DNA of 64,000 bases from Felis catus (GCF_018350175.1 NC_058368.1:106952001-107016000); one strand, 5' to 3'. Counted from the first letter of the stretch, positions 1-13,649 are shown. Program-made: numbers and translations. Notes: generated by a model from the letters alone, not told the origin.

Positions 1-859
1 CCATCTCTTACCATTAGCCCACTGGACACTGAAGCCATCCAGCCCCTCCCTAGCATTGAATAAGAAGGAGTATTTTCATAGATAGAAAAACCCCATCATT
101 GTTGTCTAGATTAGAAGATCAGGTTAGCTTTGGAGGGTCTTAGCCATCTGAAGTTGAGGAATAATGAAAAGCACATGTAGCAAAGCATCTTATAGACAGA
201 AAATAGTACTTTTTAATAATTAAAAAAACAGTAATCTGGGCATTTCTAGATTTATGATTTCTTTAAATTATTTTTTGCCTCAGTTGTTCCTGAGGGCATT
301 TAACTGCTGTTATCATTACAATATTTCTTCTCTCTCCCTCTTGTGTTGGTATGTGTTGGTAGAAATTGTTGGTTGCTCAAAACAATTGTCTAAGCATTTC
401 TAAAATCTTTAATCTCCATTTAATATCCATTCTAAAGGGTGGATTGCTTTTTTTTTTTTTGTAATGCAGTGTCTCTTAATGAATATGTTAAACATAACTT
501 AATGTTCAGTTCTGTGGTTTTCCAATGTGAAATTATCTTATGAGGACAGTCTCCCAAGATGGGAAGTTAACCACTGCCTTATTATAAATTCTTTGAGATA
601 GAGAAGTTGACCATTATTATCTCCAGCTCTGGGCTCAGTCATCTACTGGGAAGAAAATAAGAATATGAAAAAAAAATTCTGTTGGGAATAGAAAAAGGCA
701 AGTTTTTTAAGTGACTAAATTGACAATGTAGAATCTCAGGCCATTTTGGAATACTCAGGTGCATGAAGGCTAGAATTATTGTATCAGTTTACTTATGTTG
801 AAATTTTTATCATCAGTACACTGTTAACCATAAGAAATCCCATATTGAAAAATTTAAAG

Positions 860-1165
860 AAATAGAAAAAGACAAATATCATATGATTTCACTCAGATGT
901 GGAATTTAAGAAACAAAACATAGGAACATATGGGAAGGGGGAAAAAGAGAGAGAGAAAGAGAGAGAGGAAAACAAACCAGAAGAGACTTTTAAAGATAAA
1001 GAACAAACTGAAGGTTTATTGAACGGAGGTAGGTGGGGGATGGGCTAGATGAGTGATGGGTAGTAAAGAGGGCAATTATTATGATGAGCACTGGGTGTTA
1101 TATGTAAGTGATGAATTACTAAATTCTACTCCTGTAGAATTTAAATAAAATTTTGAAAAAAAAAA
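860..1165 (+). mobile_element. L1 3' end (carnivore L1)
   Basis: End of ORF2 (gaaaaagacaaatatcatatgatttcactc), typical 3'UTR (gatgagcactgggtgttatatgtaagtgatgaa) and A-tail. Confidence 0.85.
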
Positions 1166-1170
1166 TTCCC

Positions 1171-1345
1171 GGGGCACCTAGGTGGCTCAGACAGTTGAGC
1201 ATCTGACTCTTGGTTTCGGCTCAGGTCATGTGGAGCCTTCTTGAGGTTCTCTCTCTCTCCCTCTCTCTCTCTGCCCCTTCCCCATGCGCGCGCGCGCGCG
1301 CGCGCACACACACACACACACTCTCTCATCTCAAAATAAAAAAAA
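1171..1345 (+). mobile_element. Can-SINE, internally deleted, containing (CG)9(CA)8
   Basis: ggggcacctaggtggctcag head, CT tract, A-tail. Confidence 0.9.
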
Positions 1346-1817
1346 CTAAATCCCACCACAAAAAAAATATAGATAGATAGATAAATGAAATAGGTGAGGA
1401 ATTTTATCTTCAGTCTTTAGTGTTCACCTACTTCTGGGCCAACACATCTCTGTCCTTTTTTCTTTTCCCTGAGTAGGATGTTGTTTTCCAGTATCTGCCT
1501 GTCCCTGCATCACCATGGAAAAGCATCGCATAGCCACAAGTCTTTCTCACTGTTTACAGTCTTAGCAATGGGTGTGATTGACCCAGAATTTACTTTATAT
1601 GGAATTTGATGATAGGCTTTTACTTTTTAATTTAGGAACACAGGATGAACATGACAAAGTGGATAACTAAAAGATTTTCTTTTAGGTGAATGAAATATAT
1701 TCTGTGTTCATTAGCCACAGTATGCCTGGCACTTAGCTTGGAGTTCAGGTGAGCCCAAAGAGAATGCTGGCCATTGTCCTTTTAGAATTACAGCCTAGAT
1801 TGAAAAACCAAAGTAAA

Positions 1818-1818
1818 A

Positions 1819-1858
<40 letters not shown>
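1818..1858. repeat. (CA)n microsatellite
   Basis: Visible dinucleotide run. Confidence 0.95.
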
Positions 1859-1861
<3 letters not shown>

Positions 1862-2203
1862 ACTAACAATCCACGACTCTAATAATGTGCTGAGTATTAT
1901 GAAGATTCAGAGAGATGAGAGAACTCATTTTACATTCAGAAAAAGACAAGAGAAAAAAAAAGAGTAATGTTTTCATTTTCTATTGTTTAGTTTATCAGCC
2001 TGAGAGTAAACATGCTTCTTTTCCCATCACTTCAGTATTTTTCATGTAATTTCCCACTCTTTTCCAATGAAGTAAGACCCATAGACTGCCTTAAAATCTG
2101 CATTTTAATAAGCTTCATAAATTGAATGTTCTGATAAGAATAAAATGTAAAACAGTGAGATATATTTTTCTCAACATTCTTTTGTCACTGATAAATAAAG
2201 TTA

Positions 2204-2411
2204 TTTTTTTTTTTAAGTTTATTTTTTGAGAGAGGGAGATGGAGAGCCCACAAGTGGGGAGGGGCAGAGAGAGAAAGACACAGAATCTGAAACAAGCTCC
2301 AGGCTCTGAGCTGTCAGCACCGAGTCTGACTCAGAGCTCAAACTCATGAACTGTGAGATCATAACCTGAGCCAAAGTTAGTCGCTTAACTGACTGAGCCA
2401 CCCAGGAGCCC
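2204..2411 (-). mobile_element. Can-SINE
   Basis: polyT, GA tract, ends gactgagccacccaggagccc. Confidence 0.92.
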
Positions 2412-2719
2412 TGGCAAGTAAAGCTTTTTAAAATATTGTGATAAATATGCCTTTCAGGCAAAACCATTTCCTTTTCTGACGTATTTCTTTTATTAGTTAA
2501 TATATGTTATGTCCAGACTAAGGCTTTCAAAATATTTTTGGTAATATAAATGTTTAATGAATCAGATAATACTTTATTAGGCACAATACACAAGACTTTA
2601 ATAAGAAAACATTTTGTTCTAATTATCTTTACCATCTCTTGGCAGGAAGACAATAATTCTGAGCTCTTCATATTGCCAAATTTTCTTTTTTTTAATGGGA
2701 TATTATTGGTACCTGGCAA

Positions 2720-3085
2720 AAGATAGAACTAAAAGAAAAACAAATACCGGAGAGGGGACAGAAATTAATGAGTTAGAGGATAGAAAAACTAGAAAACTTA
2801 ATAAATGAAAATACTTTGTTTTGGAAAAGATCAGCAAAATAGCTCAAACTAACAAAAAAATATAGCTAACTTGATCAAGGGAAAAAAGGCAAAAGCACAG
2901 ACACACAAAATAGTAATAAGATAGGCAATAATATTTGAAATAGAAGGGTTTTTTTTACTACTAAGATTCTATTTTGTAGAATTATGTGAATAAATTTGAA
3001 AACAGGCTGAATGGTTAATTCCCTAAAGAAATACATGTGGCTCCAGGCCCAGATGGTTTCACAGGTGAGTTCTACCAAATCCTCA
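2720..3085 (+). mobile_element. Old L1 ORF2 fragment
   Basis: Encodes PGPDGFTGEFYQ (3045-3080), an L1 ORF2 motif. Confidence 0.75.
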
Positions 3086-4157
3086 CTGTTTCATATAAGG
3101 AAGGCTCATTGTGCAGGTCCTTCCTGTCCTTTATAAGTGTCATTGATATAAAATGTCATTATTTAAGACATGTATTTCTTAGAAGAATGCAGAAAATGTC
3201 ACACATTCCATTTGCTACAACATAGTAAATTAATTTTTCTGAAATGCTGTATTTTACTCACTTACATTTGCTATTTGCTACTATTATATCCTTTCTTTTT
3301 CCTGGAGGGAAGTGAGGTGGGGAGAGAGAGAGAGAGAGAGAAGTTTTTAATTTTGTGTGTGAAGTGATTTTGGATTTAAATAGGGAAATCTGACCAAAGG
3401 TTTCACCATCAGAAACAACACCAAGACATCTAGGGTCCCTGTTATTTCCTATTCTCCGAGGCACACAGGCATGATGTTATCAATATGTAAACCACACCGT
3501 GAAGGCCCGTGGTATACTGCCGTGACAAATCTCAGTCCAAAGTAGAAAGTAGCATTTGTTATAAGAGTAAATAAATCTGAGTCTAGATGGTAAGGGTGTA
3601 GTGCTGTGCTGCTAGGTTAAAGCAAAATTGTTATGCTATTTATAAAAATAGACAAATATATTCAGCTGACATAGTTTCCTACCATGTGCCGGGAGTTGCA
3701 TTAATTTGCCTCAGTAAGAAAACCACATCTGAAACACAAACAGCAATTCACGTCATCATCTGATTAGGTTTATAATAACCCTTTGCCATTCCCCAAGACT
3801 TTTCAGTATTTCTAACTCCCCATCTGTGGAATTTAATGAGGATGTGATCAGACTGTAGATACCAATGTTGCATTTCCCCCAGTGAAATTATTTCACTTTG
3901 AATTTGCTAGTTTGGGAGAACAAAAGAGACCAAAGGACTTATTTTATGGGTAAAGAATTCTTGCAGTTGCTTGAGATATGTATTCCAACTATACAATAAG
4001 GGACTTGGGAAATAACCACAAATAATATTGAAGATCCCCTTCATGTACCATGAAACAAACTTAGCTTAGGCACATTTTCATGCCAGGTAATGCCCTTTGG
4101 GTCTATCTGGCTGAACTGGGACCCTAGACCTCCAGAAAGTAATGTCATCTCTCAGCT

Positions 4158-4790
4158 ACCAGTCCTTCCTTACTTGAGTTTCTTTAGGAAAAAGTAGATG
4201 GAGGTACACACCTGTGCGTTACCACAGTGTTTCTCTGTCATGAGTTTAGCTAATCTCCCCCATGGTATTGCTGCCTTGGCATCCCTTTTGTTTGGCCAAG
4301 CAACCTGAAGTGATCTTAAACTGACACAAGCACACCACCGCCACCCCCATGTGCTTGCACGCACATGCTCTAGATAATAGCCCACAGAGTCACCAGCAGG
4401 GGCAAGTTCCTGATCTGATGTTTCCAATAGCTCTTGTGATCGATCACAAGAGCCTCCCCTGCCTCCCAGGGCCTTCCCATGGTATGCCCCTTAGGTAAGA
4501 CCTGACCATGGAGATTCCCAAAACCCTCCTCTTTCAGTTTGAATTGACCAATCTGGACTGAAACTGGGAACTCCAAAGTACTCCACCCATATACCTTAAT
4601 AAAGGCATGTGCCCAGGTCCAGGCTCTCTGTCTGCACTCTGCCTTGACTTCCCCATGTGATGGCCCCAAGGTATGCTGGGGTACTTCCCCCAGTACCTAT
4701 GAGTAATTAACATTGGTATTTCATTGTCTCTTGAGGTTTGTTGCTGAACCACCACAACCTACCATCTGTATCCTGTGCTCCACTTAAGTG
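4158..4790 (+). mobile_element. Probable solo ERV LTR
   Basis: GC-richer block with CCAAT (4548), a TATA/AATAAA-like site (~4597) and a CT-rich R/U5-like end; family and boundaries uncertain. Confidence 0.45.
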
Positions 4791-5167
4791 TTAATTTGAT
4801 GAATTCTTAACACCTCCTTAATGGTACATGACTTCTTCTTTATCCAAAGCCTTCTGATTCTTAATATAACTCAGGCACGAGACCAAGGTAGTGGTTGGGA
4901 CTTCCTACTGTTAAGACTTAAATCAGGCCTCTGTTTACCAGACCTAGAATTTGGGGTTTTTACAATTTAAGTAAAGCCTAAATTACTTTCTGAATATTTT
5001 ATTTTGGTGGGCCTCTATAATTATGTAACCCTTCTAGAGAATTCTGAGTGTCAATCATTCCCTGAGACACCATCTCTTCCCATTCTTCTCCATTTGCCAC
5101 TATATAGGCACTGCCCTCCAGGGTCTTCCCAGTTTTGCTAAAATCATAGAGTCCAATTTTGCCCATT

Positions 5168-5367
5168 TCTTTTTTTTCAAGTTTATTTATTTTGAGAGAG
5201 AGAGAGAGAGAGCATTGCACATGAGTAGGGAGGGGCAGAGAAGGCGGAGAGAGAGAATCGCAAGCAGGCTCCATGCTGGAAGTAGATGCAGATCTTGATT
5301 TCAAGAGCAGTGAGATCATGACCTGAGCCAAAATCAAGAGTCTGATGCTTAACCTACTGAGTCACCC
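5168..5367 (-). mobile_element. Can-SINE
   Basis: SINE body flanked by ttttg(c/t)ccattt TSD. Confidence 0.9.
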
Positions 5368-5512
5368 ATTTTGTCCATTTCAATTTCCATCTTTTCCACT
5401 AGAATTCCTGACCTGGAATGAACATCCATCAAAATTGTTTTTAAAGATTCTCATCCCTCTCTCATCAATCTGTTCTTCATCTCAAGTGTGAAAGCCCTGG
5501 AATGAGGTAGAG

Positions 5513-5554
5513 TTGTGTTTTTGTTTTTGTTTTTGTTTTTGTTTTTGTTTTTTT
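5513..5554. repeat. (TTTTTG)n
   Basis: Visible hexamer run. Confidence 0.9.
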
Positions 5555-6010
5555 GAAAGCATGGGATTTTCAATCTAGAACTTTTGTGTCCCAAACTCTT
5601 TCAAGTCTGTCTTCCAAATTATGTCAAGATGTTTCTGTTCTCCTTTGCTACTTATGGTCTGTGTTCACTCTAAGTTGTCTTAATGAACCTGGGAAATGTT
5701 TGCGTCTAAATAGAGCTCCCATGTTTGATATAGAAAATCTCAAAAGTTCTCTCATAAAAAATTTAGCCTAATCCAAAAATTTATTTTCATCATCCTTGGT
5801 TAAGCAAAATATTCATTTCCCCAGGCACTTTACATTTATGAATTCTTGCAATAATTTTTAGTCTTATTTTTCATTTTATCACCTAAGCAAAGTTGAGATT
5901 TTTAAAATCCTGCTTACTTAGAATAAGGCACTAGTAGAAGCTTTAGCTTTTCTTCTTCAGGGAGGCACATTTTATTCATCCAAGAGAGTAGCAGTGAAAA
6001 TCATTTCAGA

Positions 6011-6206
6011 GGGGCACCTGGATGGCTCAGTCTGTTAAGCCTAACTCTTGATTTTGGTTCAGGTCATGATCTCATGGTTCATGGGATCAAGCCTGTGATG
6101 GGCTGTCAAGCTCTGCGTTGACATGGAGGAGACTGTTTGGGATTTTCTTTCCCCTCTCTCTTTCTGTCCCTTTCTCTCAAAATAAATAAATAAACTTGAA
6201 AAAAAA
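6011..6206 (+). mobile_element. Can-SINE
   Basis: TSD aaaatcatttcaga on both sides. Confidence 0.92.
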
Positions 6207-6812
6207 TCATTTCAGATGCATTTAGTGGTCCAGGGCTTTCAAGGCCTTCAAAACCATCGCCTATTTCATTGTTTCAGTTATCCAAATCTCACTCTTATTT
6301 GATCAAAGCTCTAACTTTCACCTGAAAAACTCTGACAAGGTTATTAATTCATAGGCTTCTATAATTCAGCAACTCAAAAAAAATCATTCTTTCATTTTCA
6401 TTTTCAGTGATCTCTAACCTACTGCTGGAGTCAATAATAATTTTTTTAGCACTGTCACAGGAGGCTAGTGGTCTCATCCTATGTTTTCACTGAGTATTGT
6501 ACATTATGAGTTTGTTTTCTCTAGCTTTGTCCGTCAGGACCAAATATTCCACCACACTGTCTGGCATTCTCTATCACATTTCAATTAGCTTTGCAGACGA
6601 ACACCTGATCCCAGAGTGTCATTCTCAGTGGGCACGTGGTCCAGGTCACTAGTCCGAATAGACTGATTCATCCTGATTGCTGTGATTGGCCATGAGGGGC
6701 TCTCTCCTCATCCAGAAATCTTGCTACATTTACTGCATCTCATCCAAAAACCAAATCCAAATCACATTTTCGTGAGAGTATTTTGCTAGAACCCGATTTT
6801 TCTATCTAATTT

Positions 6813-7240
6813 TGTTACATTTCTTTGCTTGTAATCAACAGAAAACAATCATGCTTCACTTAAGGAGGAGAAAAGAATGTGGTGGAAGAAAAGTATGTAG
6901 CTTACAAAATCAAAGGACAAATAGGAAAACTAAACCTTAAAGCAGACTAAACAGAATAGTTTCAGGTATTTTAATAGCAAAGACTCAGGAATCAGACAAA
7001 CCTCTCCAATTTCCTTCTGCCTCTGGGTGTTTCTGTGTAATAACTGAACTCCAAGAGTAGAAAGTCTGATTTTCTGGCATGGGTCATGCACCCACCTTTG
7101 TGTTGGTGAGGAATAGACTGGGCCCCACAATTCCTCCCAAATTATACAGTTTAGGAAAGGAGTAATCCCTGCTCCACTACCCAAGAAGGGAGGCTGGGAA
7201 AGCTATACGTATGTACAGACTTAAAAAAATATCCCCTACA
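6813..7240. mobile_element. Degraded MaLR (MLT1-type) LTR
   Basis: ttgcttgtaatcaacagaaaacaatcatgcttcacttaagg resembles an MLT1 terminus; heavily diverged. Confidence 0.4.
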
Positions 7241-8781
7241 CATGCAAGATGCTTAAGAATTCTTATTGATTTGTGTGATAATTCTGGGAAAGAAATCAGA
7301 TTCCTCAAATGATGCTAAGTATTCTCAGTACGACCACATACCTCAGCTGCCACAGTCATAGCCTTGTGTAAATTGTTTCCAGGACATAGATTCTACACAC
7401 TCTTGTTTCTGAAACTGGGCCTTCACTTATCCTGGATGAGCTCAAGGGATTTGTAAATAGAAACATTAGACAATGATGAAGGGGACTGGTCATCAAGATT
7501 TCCTGGCTGTCTTAGTGCTCAACTATCCCTTCAAAGTCCCCTAAAGGTGCCAGTTCTGCTAAAGTTCTAATTAGGTGATCTCTTTTTTGTGTGTAGCTAG
7601 ATATAAATGACAAATTACAAGATAACAGTTAAAGATTATAGCTAAAGCTTTGCTTTCGCAAACACCAACTCTTTGTGTGTTTGTTAACACCAAGAACTAG
7701 ATTTTCCTGCCGTGGTAACTTTGTTTTAGGGCTTTTCTTCTTACCGGGAGAAAAGATGTCATTTGGCCACTGAAGCACCATCATGCTGTTCAGTTTTGAA
7801 AACATTTCTCTCATGCAAGGCCACAGCTTGCCCCTGTGACATGTTGCTGCAAATTAGAAAAAACACCCCCCTTCTGGGATGCTGTTAGAAAAGCCACTGT
7901 CTGAATGATGACCACCAGTCAGGTCTATAACTTGGCAAGCAGAGCAAGGACAGAGCTTCAGCTGCTCCTGGCCTGATGGCCTGGAGCTTTGTGTAAATGC
8001 ATAATCTGATTGGCCGTTGGTGGTGGTTCTACTCTTGGGGGGATTTCGAACAGCTGGAACAACTGGAAACCTTTCTTTTGTGGTCATCTAGCTGGACACA
8101 TCAGGAAAAAAGACCCACTGAAAATCCTGAACTGGAGCCATCCATTGTTTCTATATCCATCAGATTACTAAACCAAATTGCACCATCTTCCTGGTTGAAA
8201 GCTTTTTGCATTGTGGTACCCAACTCTTGAGATGTTTCTGTCTTGGTGTTTCATGTGATGCGTCATATTTAAGATGCTGGGCCCCTGCTGATTGTAGTCA
8301 AAATTGAACACTGGGATGCCTACCCTTTTTCTGAAAGGTGGCTTCCTTGCCCAATCAGGGTTCCTGTACTTTTATCTTTATTCCATGCTCTTGACTCTTC
8401 TTTCTGTTGTCCACAATATGTCTTGTCCCCTTAACTCAAATTAGTGTAGGCTCTTATGTCTTGGTTATTATCCTAGCTGTGTCGTTTTCCCTCCATCTCA
8501 TCAGTACCTTCATAGACATCATTAAGTCATGGGCCTTCCATCTTAGGTGGGCCCTCAGAACCTTCTCGTATGTATACTTAATCCACAACCTGGTTTGGTC
8601 AGACAGTTTCTCCCTGACTTTTATCCTTCCTTTCCCAATTTGGGCCCGTGCTCACCCTTTTCAACCCCACTTTTACCAGCACTATGTATTTATTTTGATC
8701 CTCTGTTACAACTATCTAGCTGAGATCCTTAATGTAGGTCAGCTCAGCCATTCCCTCACTGGTTCTAGTAATACTTCGTAT

Positions 8782-9489
8782 CAGTGGTTCTCAAATGTCA
8801 TCTGGGCATCCCTAAAGCTCTCTCAAACTATTTCAGGGGGTCAGTGAGGTAAAAGTCAATTTTATATTAATATTTTCATGTCATTTGCCTTTTTAATTCT
8901 CATTTACTCTTGGTAGTGCACCACTGAATTTTCCAGAATGAATATAGAAGCAGATATGAGAATCAACCTATTTTGTGTTTGACCATATATTATAGAGTTG
9001 CAAAAAATTAAAAACAATGCTACTTTTCTCACTAAGCTTTTTGCTTTTCACATACAGTTTTTTTCATACAAATGTTATATGGGTTAATGTGTAATGGGTT
9101 TATTTTTTAATAAATAAATACATTTATTTTTTTATTTAATAATTTTTAATGTTTCTTTTGAGAGAGGGAGAGAGAGAGAGAGAGGACAAGCAGGGGAGGG
9201 ACAGAGAGAGAGACAGAGAGACAGAGAGACAGAGAATCCGAAGCTCCCAGTTCTAAGCTGTTAGTACAGAGCCTGATGCGGGGCTGGAACTCACAAACCG
9301 GAGATCATGACATGAGCCAAAATCGGAGACACACCCGACTGAGCCAACCAGGTGCCCCAAATAAATAAATAAATTTTAAAGTTTTCAAAGGCTCTGTGGC
9401 AAAATTTTGTAGATATAATGCACAAATGGAAAAGCTCTGCAGGGCTCAATAGCTGTTAAGACTGAAAGCAAAATGTTTTAAAATCACTG
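8782..9489 (+). mobile_element. hAT-Charlie (Charlie1b-like) DNA transposon interrupted by a SINE
   Basis: TIRs cagtggttctcaaa ... tttaaaatcactg; internal gaagcagatatgagaatc...aaaacaatgc matches recalled Charlie1. Confidence 0.8.
9125..9358 (-). mobile_element. Can-SINE inside the Charlie element
   Basis: SINE body flanked by aataaataaata. Confidence 0.9.
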
Positions 9490-9559
9490 TTTTGAAACAT
9501 GAGCTCACTTGTGAACATTTGGGGAAAGTGCTATGCCAGGGTGCTCTTAAGTCCAGATA

Positions 9560-9990
9560 TCACGCTCCATAGCAATTGGATAGTGAGTGTGGGTTTCAGG
9601 AAATGGATGATGAGTGATGTGTTGGAGCTTTGAGTTTTTAATGTGTAAATGACCATTTAAGCAGTAAGTATGGTTGAAATGTCCCAGGGAATATACACAA
9701 TAAGAGGACAGTTAGGACCAATTCCCAAGAAAGAGCAACCTGAAAAGATAGACACAAATAGAAGAGTTTGCAAAAAGGCCCAAATGAAATATGTAAACAC
9801 AGGAAAGAATTGAGGGCAGTGAAGTGTCACAGAAAGGAAGGGTCAAGTGTTTCCAGAAGAACAGAGCAGTCAGCAGGACATCTGGCAAATCCTGCCACAG
9901 GACCAAGTAAGAAGAGGAGTTGGTGACTTTGGTGAGAGAAGTTTCAGTGACCTTGTCGGGGAACAGGTTGGCAGAATTCACACATAAATG
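9560..9990 (-). mobile_element. L2 relic
   Basis: ggtgactttggtgagagaagtttcagtg and similar purine-rich L2 antisense motifs. Confidence 0.5.
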
Positions 9991-10063
9991 GTTTTAGATG
10001 AAGCAGAAGATGGAAAATTTTCCAGAACAACTTTCAAAACAATTTACTTAAAAGAGAAAGAGA

Positions 10064-10185
10064 GGGGCACCTGGGTGGCTCATTCCGTTGACCATCCGAC
10101 TTTGGCTCTGGTCATGATTTTCCTGCTGTCAGTGTGGAGCCTACTTCAGATCCTCTGTCCCTCTCTCGCTGCCCTTCCCCTGTTT

Positions 10186-10240
<55 letters not shown>

Positions 10241-10272
10241 AAAAAAAAAATAAATAAAAAACATTTTAAAAA
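10064..10272 (+). mobile_element. Can-SINE with long (CT)n
   Basis: ggggcacctgggtggctca head, (CT)n, A-tail. Confidence 0.92.
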
Positions 10273-10581
10273 AGGGAAGGAGGGAAGTGATAGGATAACT
10301 GGGGAGGAAGGAACATAAGATGGGTCAGGATTTTGTTACAGGGAATATTAATCTACCCAACAAAGTGGCTTATTGGTCTATTTATATAGTTATTTCCCTA
10401 TGTCTGTCTTCCTTGTGTAAATGTTAGTACCTTGTGCCAACTGGTCCATTTAACACCCATCTCTATATTTTTAGCATCTGCTTCCTATCAGACAAATCCA
10501 AGAAAGGTCATACTTGTTTGTTTACATTAATTAATGAACTCTTTTACTATTTTTTAATATAAAGCAGGCTTACTATTCTTT

Positions 10582-10795
10582 TTAATTTTTTTTTTTAATT
10601 ATTTATTTATTTTGAGGGAGAGAGAAAGAGGAAGAGTGGGTTAGGGGCAGAGAGAGAGGGAGAGAATTCCAAGGAGGTTCTGTGCTGATATAGTGCACAG
10701 CCAGATGTGGGGCTTGAACCCATGAACCATGAGATCATGACCTGAGCAGAAATCAAGAGTTGGACGTTTAACTGACTGAGCCACCTGGGTACCCC
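10582..10795 (-). mobile_element. Can-SINE
   Basis: TSD gctta(t/c)-type cttac.attctt on both sides. Confidence 0.9.
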
Positions 10796-12409
10796 AGCTT
10801 ACCATTCTTAAAAAAGGAAATAAAGAGCTAGCTCCCATCCCATTTGAAACAAGTCTTAAAATGCTCATGTTAATAAGGCCACGGCAGCTAAACTGATACC
10901 ACTTAGGCCAAAGACTAACATATAAAAAAATTCCTGAAAAATATGGATGAAAATAAATCATTTTTAACCCACAGAAAAATATGTTTTCCTAGTTTCTCCC
11001 TGATGAGGGGATGTGTATTGACCGCATTTATTTCAAGCCAGTGAAATTGGGAAAGCAGGGGAGAGTCACCAACTGTGGGAGCTCTGAGAAAGGAACTGAA
11101 ATTTGACTGATGTAAAGATGTGCTCAGTTCATCTGTTTATATATATCTAGAGAGTGGAACTTTGAAATCCTAAATATACACTGTAGTTATTAACAGTGAT
11201 CTTTTAAAGGCCTATAAAGAATTAGTGAAGTGAAATCATCATGGAAAATCATATGTTCAGAAGAAAAATAAAATGAGCCTAATTAAAAGTGCTGGTGATT
11301 AAAATTTATATGTCCAATTCATAATTCTTCAATTATTTTCATGACAGTACTCTAACATCTGTGTATAAAAAAAATCCATTACAAACACAAGGAAGCCTCT
11401 ATAGGCTCAAAACTATAACAGAATTATGCACAACTGAGAAATCAGCAGCATGCTAATGACCATTTGTTTTATTCATTTGTGAGATGGCTAATTGGTGAAG
11501 TGAACACTGTCTACCATAATTTTTCATTAAAGAAACATTTTTCTTTTAAACTAGCAGCTCGTTTTCCACAGAGCAGAGCCAATGACAGGTTCTCAAAATG
11601 TTATCAGTAAATGCCATCCAGCTGTAATTACCAATGCGAAACAGGACTAGTAAACTCTTCACTCTTTCAGTATGTCGGTACAAAATACAGTAGGTACTAA
11701 ACTTAAACCTTGTTTGTGATAGACATCTATCACGTTCTTCGTTCCCCACCATCTTTGTAGGGCTTTTCTGTTCGGGGGGAAATGTCTACGGTATGACATT
11801 TACAACGTGAAAATCAGAAGCAAATTGTTAGCTTCCTTTGCAGAGAGTGTGAAGGCAGGTGAGCAGAGCACCACAGTCAGACACACCTGCTGAGCCTTCT
11901 AGTCAGAAACGAGGGGGAACAAGTGGATGCGGGATGTAGGAGCAGGGACAGCACTGGCTTCCCACAGGTGGCAGTGCTGGGCTTGCTGGGCGCACAAGCA
12001 CAATTAGCCCTGGCGGCTGTGCAGTCACGCTGAACGTCTGCTCTTTGGCACCCAGCAGAGGCACTGGGCACAGTTTCCTCCACAGTCCATTCCCATGTCA
12101 TGTTTTGCAGTGTTACCAGCAAAAGCTTAGTTTTGAGTCTCTTTTTGCCCCCAAAGTATCCCGGTGAATTCATTAACCATCTGTTATTCTTCATACATCG
12201 CTTTTCTGATTCAACTAGTCAGAACAGAATCTATTGTTTACATCAAGTGTTATGAGTGGTACACCATCGTAGCTCGTCAATGGGGGGAGCTGGGAATCAA
12301 GGTCTCCATGCTCCTTTGAGCTATTTGAGTCTTTATTGGAAGACCTTATGTTTCCAGTCTGAAAGGCCGATGAAACTGAGCAGCAAAGTGCAAGAATTGC
12401 CTGACCCGC

Positions 12410-12600
12410 ACAGGTTTGAATTTGCTTCCTAACACCACCATAATTCGCTGTGGATAAGTAACTTCCTCTCTTTGATTCTTAATTGTATCACTTAAGATAG
12501 ATGATAATAATACCTAATAATTGTCAGGATTAAATGGGATAATATTTATAAAGTATTACCGCAATGCTTCATACTTCAAGCTGACCGACAAAGAGCTTTT
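12410..12600 (+). mobile_element. MIR relic
   Basis: ggtttgaatttgcttcc...aagtaacttcctctct...gataataatacct...ggattaaatg core. Confidence 0.55.
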
Positions 12601-13109
12601 ATTCAGCTATTGTTAATGCCTCATAATGGTGAATTTTCAGTTACAGAGCATCTAATCCATTCAAGCTACTTTAAGCAGAAAGGGATTTATTTTAGAGGAT
12701 TAAATCACTTCCAGGATGTTTGGGAGGGCTGAAGAAATGGAGGTGAGGGTGAACTTCTAGAAAAGCCCCAAAGCCACCCTCAGAATATGCTAACAGAAAG
12801 CTGCTATCCCAGTTCTGACCGGTCAAGTGTAGCATCCGGAAGCTGTTTGGTAACTAGAAAGCTTTTACTAAAGTGCTGGCTCTACCACCTGTGTTATGCT
12901 CAGGACGCTCCCTGCGGGATCAGAAAATCATGATTCAATCCCCATCAAACTAAAAATATGCTTAGTTTGGCCTGTTTTTGAACTCTGTACAAACGGAACC
13001 ATAATGTAAATACTCTTTTGCGTCAACCATTCACCATCATGTTTGTGAGATGCAGGAGTTCTGCTCTGTGCAGTCGTGGTACAGTCTTTTTCGTTGCTTT
13101 CCAGAGGGG

Positions 13110-13646
13110 TAAGGTAGGCACAATTGTGTCTTCCAGAGATGTCAACATGCTAACACCTAGAACCTGTGACTGAGTTACAGCACAAGGCAAAGGAATATTG
13201 ATTCGCAGACGGAAATAAGTTGCTAATCAGCTGGCCTTAATATAGGGGGATTATTCTGATTCTCCAGATGGGCTCAAGGTAATCAGGAGGGTCCTTAAAA
13301 GTGGAAGAGGAGGAACCGTGGGTCAGAGACAGCTTTGTGCGAAGGGCTCAGCCGGATTTGCTAGGTTTGAAGATGAAGGAAGTGGTCTAGGGGCCACAAA
13401 ATTTAAAACGTATAAAATACAGTAATGAAAACTGAGTGTCTTCTAGAAGCTAGAAAAGGTTCTTCCCTTAGAGCCTCCAGAAAAGAGTACAGGCCTGTCA
13501 ACCCTGCGATTGCAGCCCAGGGCAGCCTGCAGTGGACGTCTGGCCTACAAAACTGTAAGAGAATACATTTGTGTTGTTTTAAGCCACTCGTGTTGTGGTC
13601 GTTTGTGATAGTTTGTGGTAATTTGTGATGTTATGGAAAACTAATA
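13110..13646 (+). mobile_element. MaLR LTR (MLT1D-like)
   Basis: gttgctaatcagctggccttaa, tagagcctccagaa, aaaactgtaagagaatacatttgtgttgttttaagccact and ggaaaactaata end. Confidence 0.85.
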
Positions 13647-13649
13647 TCT

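Noticed and set aside
6011..6100. tRNA-like A/B boxes in SINE heads as tRNA genes
   Set aside because: Can-SINEs are tRNA-derived; each continues into SINE body and tail.
8407..8847. 146-aa hydrophobic ORF
   Set aside because: TTG start, no recognisable family, pyrimidine-rich composition, and it runs into a Charlie transposon.
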